A DNA stretch of 64,000 nucleotides from an uncultured Actinomycetes bacterium (lineage in GTDB: Bacteria; Actinomycetota; Acidimicrobiia; IMCC26256; BP-133), in the NCBI GenBank assembly GCA_963723985.1, contig CAVRTC010000017.1, positions 94,108 through 158,107 on the forward strand, given 5' to 3'. The notes below the pieces were generated by a model that searched no databases, was not told the DNA's origin, and worked only from the letters and a program-made list of their open reading frames with translations. Shown in pieces: positions 62,141 through 64,000 of the stretch. Position 1 is the stretch's first letter; each line of letters opens with the position of its first letter. Position numbers and translations under genes: made by a program.

Positions 62141-64000
62141 GTGTCCTCCTTGCCGTTCCACGATGACCAGCCACCCGACAGGCCGGCGAGGGCTTCGGCG
62201 ATCGCCGTGTCGGTCGAAGCGGCCCGGCCGTAGGCCACTTGTTCGGCGAAGCGCTTCGAGCCGAGCAGTTCCTCGGCCTCCGCTCGGCACCGGCGCACCT
62301 CTGCCGCCACCACCCGCACGCCGCCGAGGGTCTCGCCCAGCGCTTCCCGCAACGCCGTCGCCGCCCCGAGCAGGCGGGCCGTCGGCTCGCCGGCGTGGTC
62401 CTCGAAGGCCACGACGGCGGCGATCTCCAGGGCGTCGGCCATCCAGCGCCGGGCCTGGAGGTCGCGCAGGAGGGCCAGCAGCTCGGCCAGCGTCCGAGCG
62501 GCGTGGCGCTGGTTCCCGACGACGACGTCGGCCTCGGCGGCGCGGGCGAGCGCCATCGCCAAGATCATCCGTCCCGGCAGCGAGCGGGCGCTGCGAACAC
62601 CCTCCTCGGCCAGCACCTGGCCCCGGTCGGGATCAGAGAGGGCGACGAGCGGGGCCGCCCCGGCCAGGACATGGGGTGTGAGCCACTCCCAGAGGCGGCC
62701 CTGTCGGGCGAACTCGATGATCCGCTCGAAGTGTCGTTGCGCCCGGTCGAAGTCTCCCTCGGCTACGGCCACCCAGCCCAGGTCCTGGTGACACCAGCCG
62801 ATGCCGTCGGGGTCGCCAGTCCGTTCGAACTCGGCGGCGGCCTCCTCGATCAGGGACCGGGCCACGCTCACCCGGCCGAGTGTGAGCAGGAAGGCGCCGA
62901 GGTTCCAGCGGGCCAAGGCCAGTGCGGTCGGGTCGTCGTGGGCGGCGGCCACCCGCACGGACTCCTCGAACAGCGCCTCACTGGTCTCGGGACCGGCCCG
63001 ACCGAACGTCTGCAGCAGCATGCCGAGGGCGGCGAGTATGACCCATGGCACCGGGACGCCGAGCCGTTTGGCTTCGGCCACAACGCGTTCTGTCCAGTCG
63101 CACCCTTCGAAATGACCGCCCCACAACCAGAACATCGACTGGGCGGATATGAGGCTCAGGGCGGCGGCGAAGTCGCCCTCGCGCCACGCCCATTCGAGCG
63201 CAGCGCGGAGGTTCTCCTGCTCCGAAGCCACGAGCCGGAGCGGCCAGTTGAACTCGGCCGTCACCAGGGTGCGCCATTCGCCGACCACGGCCAGGTAGTG
63301 GTCGTGATGGCGGCGGGTCGCCTCGGCCGCCTCGCCCTCGGCCGCCAGCTTCTCGCCGGCGTACTGCCGGACCGGTCTCCAGCAGGCGGTAGCGGCACGT
63401 CGTCGTCTTCGTCGACGACGACCACCAGCGACTTGTCCACCAGCCGGGAGAGGAGGCTCGACGCCGTCGACGGCCGACCCCGGCTGCCTGCACCACACCG
63501 CTTCGGCCGCGTCGATGTCGAAGCTGGCCGGGAACACCGCCAGGCGGCGGAGGACGGCCTGCTCGTCGGCGGCGAGCAGCTCGTAGCTCCAGTCGATCGC
63601 GGCCCGCAGGGTCTGGTGCCGGGAGACGGCGGTGCGGGCCCCGCCGGTGAGGAGCCGGAAGCGGTCGTCGAGCCGGGCGCGCCACCTCGTTCGGCGCCCA
63701 GGACCCGCATCCGGGCGGCGGCCAGCTCGAGGGCCAGGGGGATGCCGTCGAGGCGGCGGCAGATCTGGGCCACGGCGGCGGCGTTCCGCCGGGTCAGCTC
63801 GAAGCCGGGTCGGGCCGCCCGCGCCCGCTCGCAGAACAGCGCCACCGCGTCGGACCCGGCGAGATCGGCCACGCGCCGGCCGGCGTCGCGGGGGCAGGGA
63901 CAGCGGTGGCACCCGCCAGGCCATCTCGCCCGGCAGGCCCGAGCGCCTCCCGGCTGGTGGCCAGCACGGTGAGGTCGGGGCAGCCGCGCCAGCAGGGCGT
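62137..64000 (-). CDS. STAND-type ATPase/TPR regulator, C-terminal part (frameshifted)
   Basis: [54 protein letters not shown]. Confidence 0.9.
   Translation of the reverse strand, partial: RPAGAAAPTSPCWPPAGRRSGLPGEMAWRVPPLSLPPRRRPARGRSRRVRRGGAVLRAGAGGPTRLRADPAERRRRGPDLPPPRRHPPGPRAGRRPDAGPGRRTRWRARLDDRFRLLTGGARTAVSRHQTLRAAIDWSYELLAADEQAVLRRLAVFPASFDIDAAEAVWCRQPGSAVDGVEPPLPAGGQVAGGRRRRRRRRAATACWRPVRQYAGEKLAAEGEAAEATRRHHDHYLAVVGEWRTLVTAEFNWPLRLVASEQENLRAALEWAWREGDFAAALSLISAQSMFWLWGGHFEGCDWTERVVAEAKRLGVPVPWVILAALGMLLQTFGRAGPETSEALFEESVRVAAAHDDPTALALARWNLGAFLLTLGRVSVARSLIEEAAAEFERTGDPDGIGWCHQDLGWVAVAEGDFDRAQRHFERIIEFARQGRLWEWLTPHVLAGAAPLVALSDPDRGQVLAEEGVRSARSLPGRMILAMALARAAEADVVVGNQRHAARTLAELLALLRDLQARRWMADALEIAAVVAFEDHAGEPTARLLGAATALREALGETLGGVRVVAAEVRRCRAEAEELLGSKRFAEQVAYGRAASTDTAIAEALAGLSGGWSSWNGKEDT

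Noticed and set aside
1-64000. CRISPR array, rRNA, prophage structural genes
   Set aside because: No regularly spaced repeat-spacer array, rRNA-like sequence or virion genes seen

Overview
Very GC-rich actinobacterial chromosome segment; gene content and leaderless TANNNT promoters suggest an Acidimicrobiia-like organism (inference). The assembly has many single-base indels, so most split ORFs are read here as intact genes. From left to right: a cell-surface/polysaccharide cluster (OmpR-type regulator, LPxTG protein, beta-propeller, acyltransferase-3/serine-hydrolase fusion, GH26), a TreT-like osmostress locus, and a rearranged region with two copies of an unknown Cys/His protein + STAS cassette behind a thrice-repeated 39-bp box. 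Then a kinase-GerMN module, vapBC, a LipJ-like cyclase, Nramp, dcp, a SARP-driven cupin/OsmC/flavoprotein operon, a second GH26, an SSS transporter, and a small gene behind three DnaA boxes. Next come a TnpB-only IS200/IS605 element, a gap / GAF-kinase / NarL / phosphoribulokinase module, a Liv-type ABC operon, putA, a repeat-flanked Fic gene, tRNA-Val(GAC) and an integrated MobF element. Best candidates for new biology: (1) the TnpB element inserted exactly at a start codon, splitting a bidirectional leaderless promoter and supplying a Shine-Dalgarno; (2) the 39-bp box regulon with its duplicated cassette; (3) the DnaA-box-controlled small gene; (4) the two-component-linked PRK/GAPDH module; (5) dif-like inverted sites around a cargo gene. 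All family calls come from motif recognition by eye; no database searches were run.
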